DNA of 64,000 nucleotides from Candidatus Bathyarchaeota archaeon (GTDB lineage: Archaea; Thermoproteota; Bathyarchaeia; Bathyarchaeales; Bathycorpusculaceae): contig CAWAKC010000006.1 of assembly GCA_963782525.1 (NCBI GenBank), positions 32,001-96,000 of the forward strand, in the 5' to 3' direction. Positions 1-9,222 of the stretch are shown piece by piece. A model generated the notes under the pieces. That model saw only the letters and a program-made list of their open reading frames with translations, searched no databases and was not told where the DNA came from. Every line of letters begins with the position of its first letter. Within the stretch, counting starts at the first letter, position 1. The position numbers and the translations under genes were made by a program.

Positions 1-5
1 CCGAA

Positions 6-674
6 CTATAATAAATCCAGAAAGTTACCCTTCTTAAGTTTGATAATTGATCTATAACAAGGCTTATCAGGCTCAATTGTCGGTACTTGGTTGTCAGTAT
101 TAATAATTGCGTCTTGCATTGTTTCTTTGACTAAGGCTTTCAGTTCCGCGCTATAACGGTCCATGAAGACTTCAGATAACATTTGGATACTCGAATAAGA
201 AAGAAGCAAACCAGTTTTTAAAGTGCTTTCAATCTCACGAAAATTGAGAGCTGGGAAATCTTGATTGACCCCTAAGATTCCAGGGTGTGACATTTCGCAA
301 AGCAAAGAGTAGAGTTTTTTGTCCTTTACTGTACTGTAGATTTTTCCAGCGACTGCACTCTTCCCGAGGCTTCTGTCTTGCTCTGCTGCCATCACATCAT
401 CCACAAGCTCAGTGTCGGTTTTTGCGTAAAGCAATATAGCCTGGTTGGCCTCTACGATAAAATAGTATCCTCTCAGTATGGATTCGTAAACCATTCTTTG
501 AAGGCTAGCGCTAGGATTAACGAAGCCACAACAAGCCAGAATATGAGCGGACTGGAGATATGCTCTGTTTTTTTTAAAGTAAATTGAGACAAAAACATCT
601 GTGGCAGGAAGCCTTTTGCCAATTTTTCCTACCGTTTCAAATAACTGAGTCTCTATACGCCACATTGAGGTCAT
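6..674 (-). CDS. Hypothetical alpha-helical protein (DUF5677-like)
   Basis: 222-aa ORF with A..L.R...E and LYSLLCEMSHP motifs. The frame is open further upstream, so the start is uncertain. Confidence 0.6.
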   Translation of the reverse strand: MTSMWRIETQLFETVGKIGKRLPATDVFVSIYFKKNRAYLQSAHILACCGFVNPSASLQRMVYESILRGYYFIVEANQAILLYAKTDTELVDDVMAAEQDRSLGKSAVAGKIYSTVKDKKLYSLLCEMSHPGILGVNQDFPALNFREIESTLKTGLLLSYSSIQMLSEVFMDRYSAELKALVKETMQDAIINTDNQVPTIEPDKPCYRSIIKLKKGNFLDLL

Positions 675-767
675 AGTTGTTTCTGACGTATCAACTAGTT
701 CAGGTAATGTTGCTCTTGTTGTTTCAGCTCTCTCTAAAAGATTCCAATCCCTAAAAATACAAAATCA

Positions 768-1304
768 CTACTTTTCCCTTGTTTGCCATAGAATCAGGTC
801 GATTTTTTTAATGTCAGAGATGCCAGAATTCGGTAACCGTTGATCGAATTCAGTGATCTTTTCTATACAATCAGTGTTGTTCAAGTAGTCTTTGTACCAA
901 TTTTTGAGTGAATCATAGACCTTCTTTGTTTTATTCAATCTGTCTCTATCACCGTAAAGCGGCGCTTTTAATTTCAAATTATTTAATACTTGCTTATCCC
1001 AAACAGGCACGTCCGAATTTATTGTCGCCACCAATTTACTTGAGAAAGAGGGTTCAACTCTATGAAGCCTTTCCCAAAAGTAATCCAATACCTCTGCGAA
1101 AGTTGGGCAACAGCCTTCTTTCGAAACTTGTAATTTGGTGTAAAATGCATTATAGAATTCTGGAGTTCTTTGTCTCATTCTATAGAAGTGATTAAACCGT
1201 TTTTGGAAGTCTCGATCAATGGAAACATCGACTGCATAGAGCTTTTGCATAATCGTTTGGTATTGCTCCAATCCAACTTTCACTCCCTCCCAGTTAGTGG
1301 ACAT
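768..1304 (-). CDS. Hypothetical protein, possible HhH-GPD-like DNA glycosylase fold
   Basis: 178 aa. SFSSKL..T.....PVWD..V resembles the HhH-GPD C-terminal motif. Confidence 0.55.
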   Translation of the reverse strand: MSTNWEGVKVGLEQYQTIMQKLYAVDVSIDRDFQKRFNHFYRMRQRTPEFYNAFYTKLQVSKEGCCPTFAEVLDYFWERLHRVEPSFSSKLVATINSDVPVWDKQVLNNLKLKAPLYGDRDRLNKTKKVYDSLKNWYKDYLNNTDCIEKITEFDQRLPNSGISDIKKIDLILWQTREK

Positions 1305-1633
1305 TATAAATCAACCATTAGATTTCTATATTGACGAATTATGCTTATAGTGTACTTTGTAAATCGGCTTTGCTTCATTAATTCGCTTCTTCGCAAATCG
1401 CCATCCAAGTATTGCCGCCAGTTGTCATAAACCAATTCGAAATCTGCTTTTGGTACCTTTTGCGTATTAATGGCTGACGGTATCTTAACATTAATATAAT
1501 TGCTTATGAGTGACCGAGCAACAAAATTCTCTCCAAAAGTTCCTTTGTCATTCGTCCAATTTGTGATTGCTTCTTCGTTTGAAAGGGCATCTACTAGTTT
1601 AGTCCAGAAAACCTCAAAGCTCACCTTGTTCAA
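1304..1633 (-). CDS. Hypothetical protein translationally coupled to the downstream ORF
   Basis: 109 aa. Its stop overlaps the next start (TAATG at 1304). Confidence 0.6.
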   Translation of the reverse strand: MNKVSFEVFWTKLVDALSNEEAITNWTNDKGTFGENFVARSLISNYINVKIPSAINTQKVPKADFELVYDNWRQYLDGDLRRSELMKQSRFTKYTISIIRQYRNLMVDL

Positions 1634-1828
1634 CGAGTTGCCACCAGCTACATATTAGCCAGTTTAGGCTAAATGTCTTCTCTTATGTAAAATGATCACT
1701 TTTAAACTACCCTCCACTGCACAGTAATGTCTCTGTTCGAGATGTTTTATATTTGATATAAGCTGATGTTTGAGCTCCATGGGATTCCTATGATAGAGAC
1801 TTCGGATTGCTTGGAGGCTTAGTGGGTT

Positions 1829-2107
1829 ATGGGTAAGACTGTTCCGGCCTATCGTATGGCTTTGGAGGAAGAGATTAGTCGGTGGAGTGGTTTTGCGAGG
1901 GCTTTGCGTAGGTCTGATTTGGAAGCTTTTGATGAGCTAATGGATGCCTGCAGGAACTATGCTTCAGAAAGCAGCTGTGCAACTAACCCAATAGTGTTTG
2001 AACCTATGGTGATGTCAATCCTGCTAGCACAGCAAGTTAGGATACAGAAACTCGAACGCCAACTAAAAGAGGCTTCAGAGAAAAGTGGAGATATTACCCA
2101 TGGCTGA
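1829..2107 (+). CDS. Conserved archaeal small helical protein (type usually found beside PolB2)
   Basis: MGKTVPAYRMALEEEI..W..F.RALR..D..AFD.L motif; GGAGG upstream. Confidence 0.65.
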   Translation: MGKTVPAYRMALEEEISRWSGFARALRRSDLEAFDELMDACRNYASESSCATNPIVFEPMVMSILLAQQVRIQKLERQLKEASEKSGDITHG

Positions 2108-2399
2108 ATTTACTAATAGCAGTATTCTCGATAGGCTTGATGACATAGAAGAACCATCTATAATCAGAATCTACTCCAATATAATTTACACGAAATACAA
2201 GAGAAGAGATCCCTATGGTTATCCTAAGCATTTGGTGCCTGTAAGCGCATGCTACAATGAGTTGATTGTGGATTTTTTGCGCAGACCCTTGGAACAGAAG
2301 ATCTGCATATTCGGTAAAACGATGTACTTAGCACTAACCCAGCAACAAAACGGAGTAACCAAAAATAAAAAAAGAAAAGCCGCCAAGCAAAAGGCTTAG
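2100..2399 (+). CDS. Hypothetical protein
   Basis: ATG at 2100 overlaps the previous stop region; basic C-terminus. Confidence 0.45.
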   Translation: MAEFTNSSILDRLDDIEEPSIIRIYSNIIYTKYKRRDPYGYPKHLVPVSACYNELIVDFLRRPLEQKICIFGKTMYLALTQQQNGVTKNKKRKAAKQKA

Positions 2400-2710
2400 C
2401 AGTGCCCACCGCATGTTGAAAACTTGAACCCAAAACATATTTTGGGTGTTGGGCAAAAAATTTCTTACTAAAGAAAACACCCCCAAAAAACACATAACAT
2501 TTCTCTCGTAAAGACGTCGTTAACCCATATTTTTGCTATAAAATAAGCAATTTTTAGCAAGTTAGCACTTCTGCATAATTTTACCCCAGACATTTCTTTA
2601 GAAAGAAAAATTTTGCCTCGAGCGTAGCTACCGATTTTTGTTAGGCTAATGTGATATGCAGCAACCCTCCATTTTGAGTTTCTGAAGTGAGGGAGGAGGG
2701 TTAAGCACAG

Positions 2711-3091
2711 ATGACGCGCAAGAAATGCATTGGCAGTGAGCTTAGCGTTTTCATGGGTGTGGAAGCTAAGATGAACTTTGCCATTTTCTTAATTCTTGCC
2801 GTGTCGGATTATCCGCTGAAAAATACAGAATTGCTAAAACTCTTGAACAAGCAAAAAAAGCCTAGCGACACATATTATGGTAGTATAACAAAACGGCTGC
2901 GTTGCTTAGTAAATGAGGAATACCTTAAAGAAAAAAAGGTGGGCAGTGAAGCTGCGACCTATCAATTAACCAATAAAGCGTTGTTAGCGATGCTTTGGGA
3001 TTCAAATAATATGCAAGAAATCCTTGACAAAGCATCTGAAAAAAAGAGAGGTTTCTTGCTCTTGGCACTTGCTAATTCTATATATGAGTGA
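2711..3091 (+). CDS. Winged helix-turn-helix protein (PadR/MarR-like)
   Basis: Y.SI.KRL..L...EYL...Y.LT.K wHTH pattern; GGAGG upstream. Confidence 0.7.
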   Translation: MTRKKCIGSELSVFMGVEAKMNFAIFLILAVSDYPLKNTELLKLLNKQKKPSDTYYGSITKRLRCLVNEEYLKEKKVGSEAATYQLTNKALLAMLWDSNNMQEILDKASEKKRGFLLLALANSIYE

Positions 3092-3380
3092 CTACCAAGG
3101 CGCGAAACTATTCACCCTACGATAATAACAAAGCCAATCTCGCCCTTAATGGGTTAGGCTTGATTTTTCAACAGCGATATAGAACATTATCCCTAAAACC
3201 ATGACAAAACCGGAACACAGCGGATTCTTAAGATTTAACCAAAATCAAGATCAAGTCAGAAATAATAATTTCAGAAGATTCTCGATGCTAATTAAAAATT
3301 AACACTTTTTAATCAAAATAACAAGATGGCAAACACCTCTCTAACTCTAATTTTAACATTTTTGATTAGTTTCCTCGTTA

Positions 3381-3430
3381 GGGTCATAGCGGAGACTCCT
3401 CAGAGGGGTCATTGCGGAGTCTCCTTGATG
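3381..3430. repeat. Two 25-bp tandem repeats, each containing the GGAG-N-CTCC palindrome
   Basis: gggtcatagcggagactcctcagag / gggtcattgcggagtctccttgatg (19/25 identical). Confidence 0.75.
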
Positions 3431-3726
3431 GGGGCAGAATTCCTTTAACTTCTGGGCGCAACATAGCTTTAGGTGTTAAAAAATTGGTAAATATTATCGA
3501 GGACTGGGATGTCCTATCTGAGTATGCTGGAGAAAAATTAGGGTTTTATCAACTCCTTAGCAACGATGGAATCATTGAAATTAGGGTACAAACGGGCAGG
3601 ATTGGATTCAAAAAAGAGTTCGATAAAGGCGACGATCCGCTCTTGATTAAAATCTTGGATTTCTGCAAGAAACGACGCTTTATCCAAATTAGTGAAAACA
3701 TGCGTGACGACCAATTCTTCAAGTAG
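3412..3726 (+). CDS. Hypothetical protein (true start probably further downstream)
   Basis: ORF in a tight run with the next two genes. Confidence 0.6.
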   Translation: MRSLLDGGRIPLTSGRNIALGVKKLVNIIEDWDVLSEYAGEKLGFYQLLSNDGIIEIRVQTGRIGFKKEFDKGDDPLLIKILDFCKKRRFIQISENMRDDQFFK

Positions 3727-3735
3727 GTTAGCGCA

Positions 3736-4011
3736 ATGGGATCGCGTCTTAATCGGAATCGTTGCGTAGTCTGTGGAAACCCTCCCGCAGGACATACAGG
3801 ATACGTGTACTATCAGAGCGGTACAACCAGGCTTTATGCGCCTTTCTGCAAAGAACACTTAGACAAAGCTTCAGAATATGCCAATCCGGTCTTTGAAAAT
3901 CCAGCTGCAGTTGAACTCTTTAGGCAAATGTTTCCGGTAACCTATTTGCAAGACGTCAAGGGCAAACTCATCTTGTTTTTTGGCAAGAAAATAACGGCAA
4001 ATTCTAACTAA
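3736..4011 (+). CDS. Small Zn-finger-like protein
   Basis: CVVC ... FCKEH ligand set. Confidence 0.6.
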   Translation: MGSRLNRNRCVVCGNPPAGHTGYVYYQSGTTRLYAPFCKEHLDKASEYANPVFENPAAVELFRQMFPVTYLQDVKGKLILFFGKKITANSN

Positions 4012-4013
4012 AC

Positions 4014-5294
4014 TTGGAGCTGAGGTGGGAGGGAATGGCTGAGCTTACATCGAAACCTTCTCCAGACGTATTTGGCACTAAAGTCGGTTTTAATTCTTGT
4101 AAGTTGCCCTCTAAAGAGGACACCGGCATCAGCCCCCTATGCCCACAATGCGGCTCAAAAAAACTCTGGAGAGACGGCAGCCGATACACCATGTTTGAAG
4201 ATAAGATCCAACGATGGCTCTGCAAAGACTGTGGGCATCGATACTCAGACCAAAACGACATCCAGAAGGCAAAATCAATGGTTGAAACAGTTGAAACCGT
4301 TGAAACGCAGTCATTAAAAACCTCTGACCGCATAGTAGTTAGTAGCCAAATATGCGTCTCGGAGACGAAAAACTTGGTAGCGGAACAACAAATCAACAAA
4401 GTTCCGCGAAGAAACGAACAAGAAAGCAGAGGCAAAATCATCGAACATGGCTTTTGGATGCAAAAGGAAGGCTATGCCGAATCAACAATTAGCCGAAGAA
4501 TAAGACTCTTAGGAACACTCGTCAATAAAGGCGCAGACCTAAAAGACCCCGAATCAGTCAAAGAAACAATCGCCAAACAACCAAACTGGGTTACAAAAAC
4601 CAAGGAAATCGCCGTCGAAACCTACGACTGCCTAATAAAATCCCAAGGACTAACCTGGAAAAAACCGATCTACCAATCCGTCAAGAAACTACCTTTCATA
4701 CCTACCGAAGAAGAACTGAACAACCTAATCGCCGGATGCAACAGAAAAACTGCAACATTCCTACAGCTACTCAAAGAAACAGGCATGCGCTGCGGTGAAG
4801 CTTTCATGCTCCAATGGACCGACTTTGACTTCGAAAACAAAACCGTCAACATAACACCAGAAAAAGGAAGCGACCCACGCCAACTCAGAATAACTATGAG
4901 ACTCATCATGATGCTAAACAGCCTACCACAAGACAAACCCAAACCATTCGAATGCTCTCACCGACACTTCTCAAGAACCTTCAGGCTCCAACGCAAAAAA
5001 GTAGCCAACAAACTAAAAAACGACAGAATACTCAAAATCCACTTCCACACCCTAAGACATTGGAAAGCAACCATGGAATACGCTAAAACCAAAGACATCC
5101 TTCACGTTATGAAAATGCTCGGTCACAGAAACATTCAAAACACTCTACTCTACACTCAGCTCATCAGCTTTGAGAGCGACCAATTCCACTCAGCAACCGC
5201 CAAAACAGTTCTAGATGCCCAAAAACTAATCGAAGCAGGATTTGAATACGTCTGCGAATTTAACGAAACAAAAATCTTCAAAAAACGGAAGTAA
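4014..5294 (+). CDS. Tyrosine recombinase/integrase with N-terminal zinc ribbon (start may be ATG 4035)
   Basis: CPQCGS...QRWLCKDCG; catalytic R (TGMRCGE), K (PEKG), H-x-x-R (FHTLRH), H (LGH), Y (LLYT). Confidence 0.92.
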   Translation: MELRWEGMAELTSKPSPDVFGTKVGFNSCKLPSKEDTGISPLCPQCGSKKLWRDGSRYTMFEDKIQRWLCKDCGHRYSDQNDIQKAKSMVETVETVETQSLKTSDRIVVSSQICVSETKNLVAEQQINKVPRRNEQESRGKIIEHGFWMQKEGYAESTISRRIRLLGTLVNKGADLKDPESVKETIAKQPNWVTKTKEIAVETYDCLIKSQGLTWKKPIYQSVKKLPFIPTEEELNNLIAGCNRKTATFLQLLKETGMRCGEAFMLQWTDFDFENKTVNITPEKGSDPRQLRITMRLIMMLNSLPQDKPKPFECSHRHFSRTFRLQRKKVANKLKNDRILKIHFHTLRHWKATMEYAKTKDILHVMKMLGHRNIQNTLLYTQLISFESDQFHSATAKTVLDAQKLIEAGFEYVCEFNETKIFKKRK

Positions 5295-5366
5295 AAAAAT
5301 GTTCGAAAAAAATAGCCTCATAAAAATCACATTCAGACCCTATATAAATAGGGGTCTAGAGGAGTG

Positions 5367-5445
5367 TGGTGAGGCCGCTGGGATTTGAACCCAGGATCGC
5401 ATACGCCCCAGGCATGTATCCTGAACCATGCTAGACGACGGCCCC
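5367..5445 (-). tRNA. tRNA-Pro(GGG), intronless, CCA encoded
   Basis: Cloverleaf: GGGGCCG/CGGCCTC acceptor stem, CATGC-CTGGGGC-GTATG anticodon arm, CTGGG-TTCAAAT-CCCAG T arm, ACCA end. Confidence 0.95.
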
Positions 5446-5642
5446 ACAAGGATAAATGCCTAAAGGAACCGAAACCAATTAAAAAACCTATTTCCCCCGA
5501 AATCTAACACCTCATAGACAAAGCGGAAACCGAAGTAAAAAACAATCGCAAACTAAAATAAAACAGCTCCTTTAGTTTTCGAGATTAAGATTTGGAAGCT
5601 AAATTAAGGAAAATGGAGATAAAAAGAAGATACAAAAAGGCT

Positions 5643-7106
5643 TTAGCCTTTTAACGTTGCAGCAAATCCCTTGACAACGTCTTTAATGGATTGCACTAGC
5701 GGATGTCGAACTGTTTCAGGCGAAAGATTCTCAAGTCGTTCCACCCTAAAGTAGATGGGCGGATGCGAATCTAAGCCAACCCATTCTTGCAGGCGAAAAC
5801 TCGGTGTTCGCTCAAACAGTAGTCTGTGGAACCCGATTTTCTCCAGTGACCTCGCCATTACTTTGGGTTGTCCCATCATTATGGCTGACGTTAGGTCTGC
5901 GCGGGCTTCAAAGAATTTGGCTATGAAGAATATTAGTGTCATGACGGCGAAAAAGTAGATAAAGAACAGCAAAGATGTGAATATGAAGGGGAACAATGCG
6001 AGCAGCACGTAAAATCTGAAAAGAAACTCGGCGCTTAAGAGTCCAAACAGGATTAAGGGATCTCTGCCTTTCAGATGGCCAAATTCATGCCCCAAAACAC
6101 TTACAACTTCAGGCTCTTCTAACTGAACAAGTAACCCTGTAGTTATCAGAACGATGCCTCGGCTGGGGCTGGGACCGGAAGCGGCGGCATTTGGAACCAT
6201 CGTGTTAGAAATCACAATTTTCGGCACTTTGTAGCCGAAGCGGTCGGCAACTTTCTTTACGAGTTCGTAGACATTGATTTTTTTGGTGGTTAAACTGCCG
6301 AGTCTGCAGGACACGTTGTATTTGGTGAAGATTTTTTCTGCTTCTTGACAGTCGATTGCCCCGTGTTTAGCGATTATTTCCTCATAAACTTCTTTCTTTA
6401 AAGCCATCAGTTGTTCAGGCGGAATTTGTTTGTAGTCATCAAGTGTACCTAGGGAACCGATTGGCGGCTGATACTCTAGGAATTGTATGTAAGGGTTTTC
6501 TTGGGTGATTGTCCATTCGCCTGACCTAGAGATTATCTTGTTTGAGTAGAAAACGAATACGAATTGTGAAGCAATCAAAGCTATTGGAACAATCCAGAAG
6601 TAAGATGGGTAAAAAGTTAAAACAATAACAAACAATCCCAATCCAAGACCAATAAAAACAAATGTCAGCAGAACTTGGGTTTCTAAGAAAAGTCGAGTAA
6701 AACTTTTTTCGTGGAGTGTAACTTTTTCAGGTACGATTTCTTCGCCTTCTCGCCAAGCAAAGTACCATGTTAGTTTGCGGGCTTTTTCCTCAAACAATTC
6801 GGTGGCGATTAGGACGTCTTGTCTTGCTTCTGTGAATACTGCGTCTGTAACATCTGATTCTAAAGGTGTTATGGTCGCGCTTATGTTTTCTTTGCCCGTT
6901 ATTTCTACTCTTATGATTTGTCTTCCCTGCATGTCGAGGACAGAGTAGGAGATTCTGTTGCTTGTGGGCGAGGTTTCTCGGGATAAGTTTGTGAATCGTT
7001 GCTTTTGTGGAGCTAGGTACTGCGTATAAATGAAGTCAAATAGCTTCTCAAAGTAGGTTGATGGAACTTGAGTGTCTATTGAGTAAGAAACAGGTGCAGA
7101 TACCAT
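5643..7106 (-). CDS. M48 family (HtpX-like) membrane zinc metalloprotease with long N-terminal extension
   Basis: PNA.A.G, HEFGH, EARAD and SHPP...R motifs. Confidence 0.88.
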   Translation of the reverse strand: MVSAPVSYSIDTQVPSTYFEKLFDFIYTQYLAPQKQRFTNLSRETSPTSNRISYSVLDMQGRQIIRVEITGKENISATITPLESDVTDAVFTEARQDVLIATELFEEKARKLTWYFAWREGEEIVPEKVTLHEKSFTRLFLETQVLLTFVFIGLGLGLFVIVLTFYPSYFWIVPIALIASQFVFVFYSNKIISRSGEWTITQENPYIQFLEYQPPIGSLGTLDDYKQIPPEQLMALKKEVYEEIIAKHGAIDCQEAEKIFTKYNVSCRLGSLTTKKINVYELVKKVADRFGYKVPKIVISNTMVPNAAASGPSPSRGIVLITTGLLVQLEEPEVVSVLGHEFGHLKGRDPLILFGLLSAEFLFRFYVLLALFPFIFTSLLFFIYFFAVMTLIFFIAKFFEARADLTSAIMMGQPKVMARSLEKIGFHRLLFERTPSFRLQEWVGLDSHPPIYFRVERLENLSPETVRHPLVQSIKDVVKGFAATLKG

Positions 7107-7368
7107 ATATTAAAACCCAGTTAATCTATAATTCAAGTTGGCTTTTCTTAGTTATAACTTTATTGTTAACATGGTTGCTTTAGAATTTAACAAACGGGAC
7201 AGCGTTTATTAATCTGCAAAAACATTGATAGGAATAGCCCAAGGGGCAAAAAAAAGCTTTGTTGAAATCAAGTCAATCCGTTAAGTGGATTTGATTTCGC
7301 AAAAAGTTATGTGGCTTATCTTGACTTCGCAAGGTTTAAGAAAGCCGAAATTATGAAATAAGAAGGGA

Positions 7369-7776
7369 ATGTTAGAAGTGGCAGAACCTAAAAAAACAAT
7401 ACTCGTTGTCGATGATGATAAATCGATACTTCGAACGTTCACTCGGATTCTCCAGAAAAGTGGCTATGAAATAGAAACAGCGGAAACAGGCAAAGAAGCC
7501 ATGGAAAAAGCAGAAACCCGCCATTACGACTTAGCGCTCGTAGACATTAGGCTTCCAGACATGGACGGCACCGATTTGCTCGCAAAACTCAAAAAGGAAC
7601 TTCAACACACCGTTAAAATTATGATTACTGGTTTTCCATCTCTTGAAACCGGCGTTAAAGCGCTCGATGAAGGCGCAGACGCATATTTGGTGAAGCCGGT
7701 GAAGCCTCAGGAATTACTGATTCTATTAGAAGAGAAACTTAAAAATCGCGAAGAACCCACCGAAGTAAGCCATTAG
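7369..7776 (+). CDS. Stand-alone response regulator receiver protein
   Basis: VVDDD, DIRLPDMDG, ITG and YLVKP motifs; no output domain. Confidence 0.92.
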   Translation: MLEVAEPKKTILVVDDDKSILRTFTRILQKSGYEIETAETGKEAMEKAETRHYDLALVDIRLPDMDGTDLLAKLKKELQHTVKIMITGFPSLETGVKALDEGADAYLVKPVKPQELLILLEEKLKNREEPTEVSH

Positions 7777-7960
7777 CCCTTTCGATTTGGGCAGATTTTC
7801 TATTTGCTTAGTTTGTATAGGTTGGATGACTTTTGGATTTTCTTTAAATTAACTGGGTTTTGCTCACCGAAAAAAGGATATATGACAAAACACCGTTTCT
7901 CATTAAAAGCGCTGGTGAACCTATACGGCTGCATCTAATGGTGAAGAGAATAACGGTGAA

Positions 7961-9070
7961 ATGGTAGTTACTCCTTGGGAAGTTAAGGGCAGAGTAGACT
8001 ACGAACGTCTGATCAAAGAATTTGGCACCCAGCCCCTGACGCCGCAGTTGCTGGAACGTGTGGAAAGCCACACTGACAAACTGCACTTGCAGCTTGAACG
8101 GAGGATTTTCTTTAGCCACCGCGACTTAGACACAGTGCTTGACCTCTATGATAAAGGCATCAAATTCGTACTCTATACCGGCAGGGGACCTAGTGGACCC
8201 GTCCACATTGGACACCTTGTTCCATGGATTTTCACGTTGCATATTCAACAAAAATTCAAAACACGACTCTACTTCCAAATAACCGATGACGAAAAATACC
8301 TCATCAGCGACAACGCAAACCTCAAAAACACTGCAAAATGGTCTTACGAAAACGCACTTGACCTTATTGCGTTAGGATTCAAACCAGAAGATACCTTCAT
8401 AATCTACGACACAAAAGATATCGACCTCCTCTATGATATTACGCTGGAAGTTGCTAAACGGATAACGTATAGCACCGCGCGAAGCAGCTTCGGTTTCCAG
8501 GACAGCACCAACATCGGCTGGGTTTTCTGGCCCGCCATCCAAGCTGCCCCATGCTTTATCCACAAAAAACTCACAGGCGAAAACGTCCCCGCCTTGATTC
8601 CTGCAGCCATCGACCAAGACCCCTACTGGCGAGTCACCCGCGACATAGCCCAAAAACTCGGGTACTATAAACCCGCCCAAATCCACTGCCGCTTCCTCCC
8701 CGGACTAGGTGCAGGAGGCAAAATGAGTGCCTCTCAACCTGAAACAAGCATATTCACAGTTGACCAACCTGATGTTGTGAAAAAGAAAATTTGGAACGCC
8801 TTCACAGGCGGCAAAGGCACCGCTGCTGAACAACGCAAAGAAGGCGCTAACCCAACGATTTGCAGCATATTCCAATACTACTTTTTCCTCTTCGAAGAAG
8901 ACAACACCAAACTGATTGAGCGTGAACGTCGATGCAAGGGGGGCGAAATGCTCTGCGGCGAATGCAAAAAAGACGTAGCTGAAAAACTAAACGCGTTCCT
9001 AAAGGTACATCAGGAAAATCGGGAAAAAGCCAAAGACGTAATCGAACAATATCACATAAAACGCAAGTAA
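7961..9070 (+). CDS. trpS: Tryptophanyl-tRNA synthetase (archaeal/eukaryotic type)
   Basis: VTPW, YTGRGPS, HIGH, AIDQDPY and KMSAS motifs. Confidence 0.96.
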   Translation: MVVTPWEVKGRVDYERLIKEFGTQPLTPQLLERVESHTDKLHLQLERRIFFSHRDLDTVLDLYDKGIKFVLYTGRGPSGPVHIGHLVPWIFTLHIQQKFKTRLYFQITDDEKYLISDNANLKNTAKWSYENALDLIALGFKPEDTFIIYDTKDIDLLYDITLEVAKRITYSTARSSFGFQDSTNIGWVFWPAIQAAPCFIHKKLTGENVPALIPAAIDQDPYWRVTRDIAQKLGYYKPAQIHCRFLPGLGAGGKMSASQPETSIFTVDQPDVVKKKIWNAFTGGKGTAAEQRKEGANPTICSIFQYYFFLFEEDNTKLIERERRCKGGEMLCGECKKDVAEKLNAFLKVHQENREKAKDVIEQYHIKRK

Positions 9071-9222
9071 TTTTTGTGGACTTCAGCTTCAGGAGAATAT
9101 CAACCTATAAATAATTAAAAAAACAGTAAATAGTTGGAGACCCCCCTTAGGGATTTTCCTTGTTACATTTTGTTCAGCTTTAAATGGAAATGTACGCCGA
9201 ACTAAGTCAAAGGAGTATTTGA

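Larger units (their letters stand above)
1..5366. mobile_element. Right-hand part of an integrative element inserted at the 3' end of tRNA-Pro(GGG); left boundary outside the window
   Basis: Tyrosine integrase ends 72 bp from the tRNA 3' end. Upstream cargo is orphan and accessory genes, and housekeeping genes resume beyond the tRNA. Confidence 0.75.
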
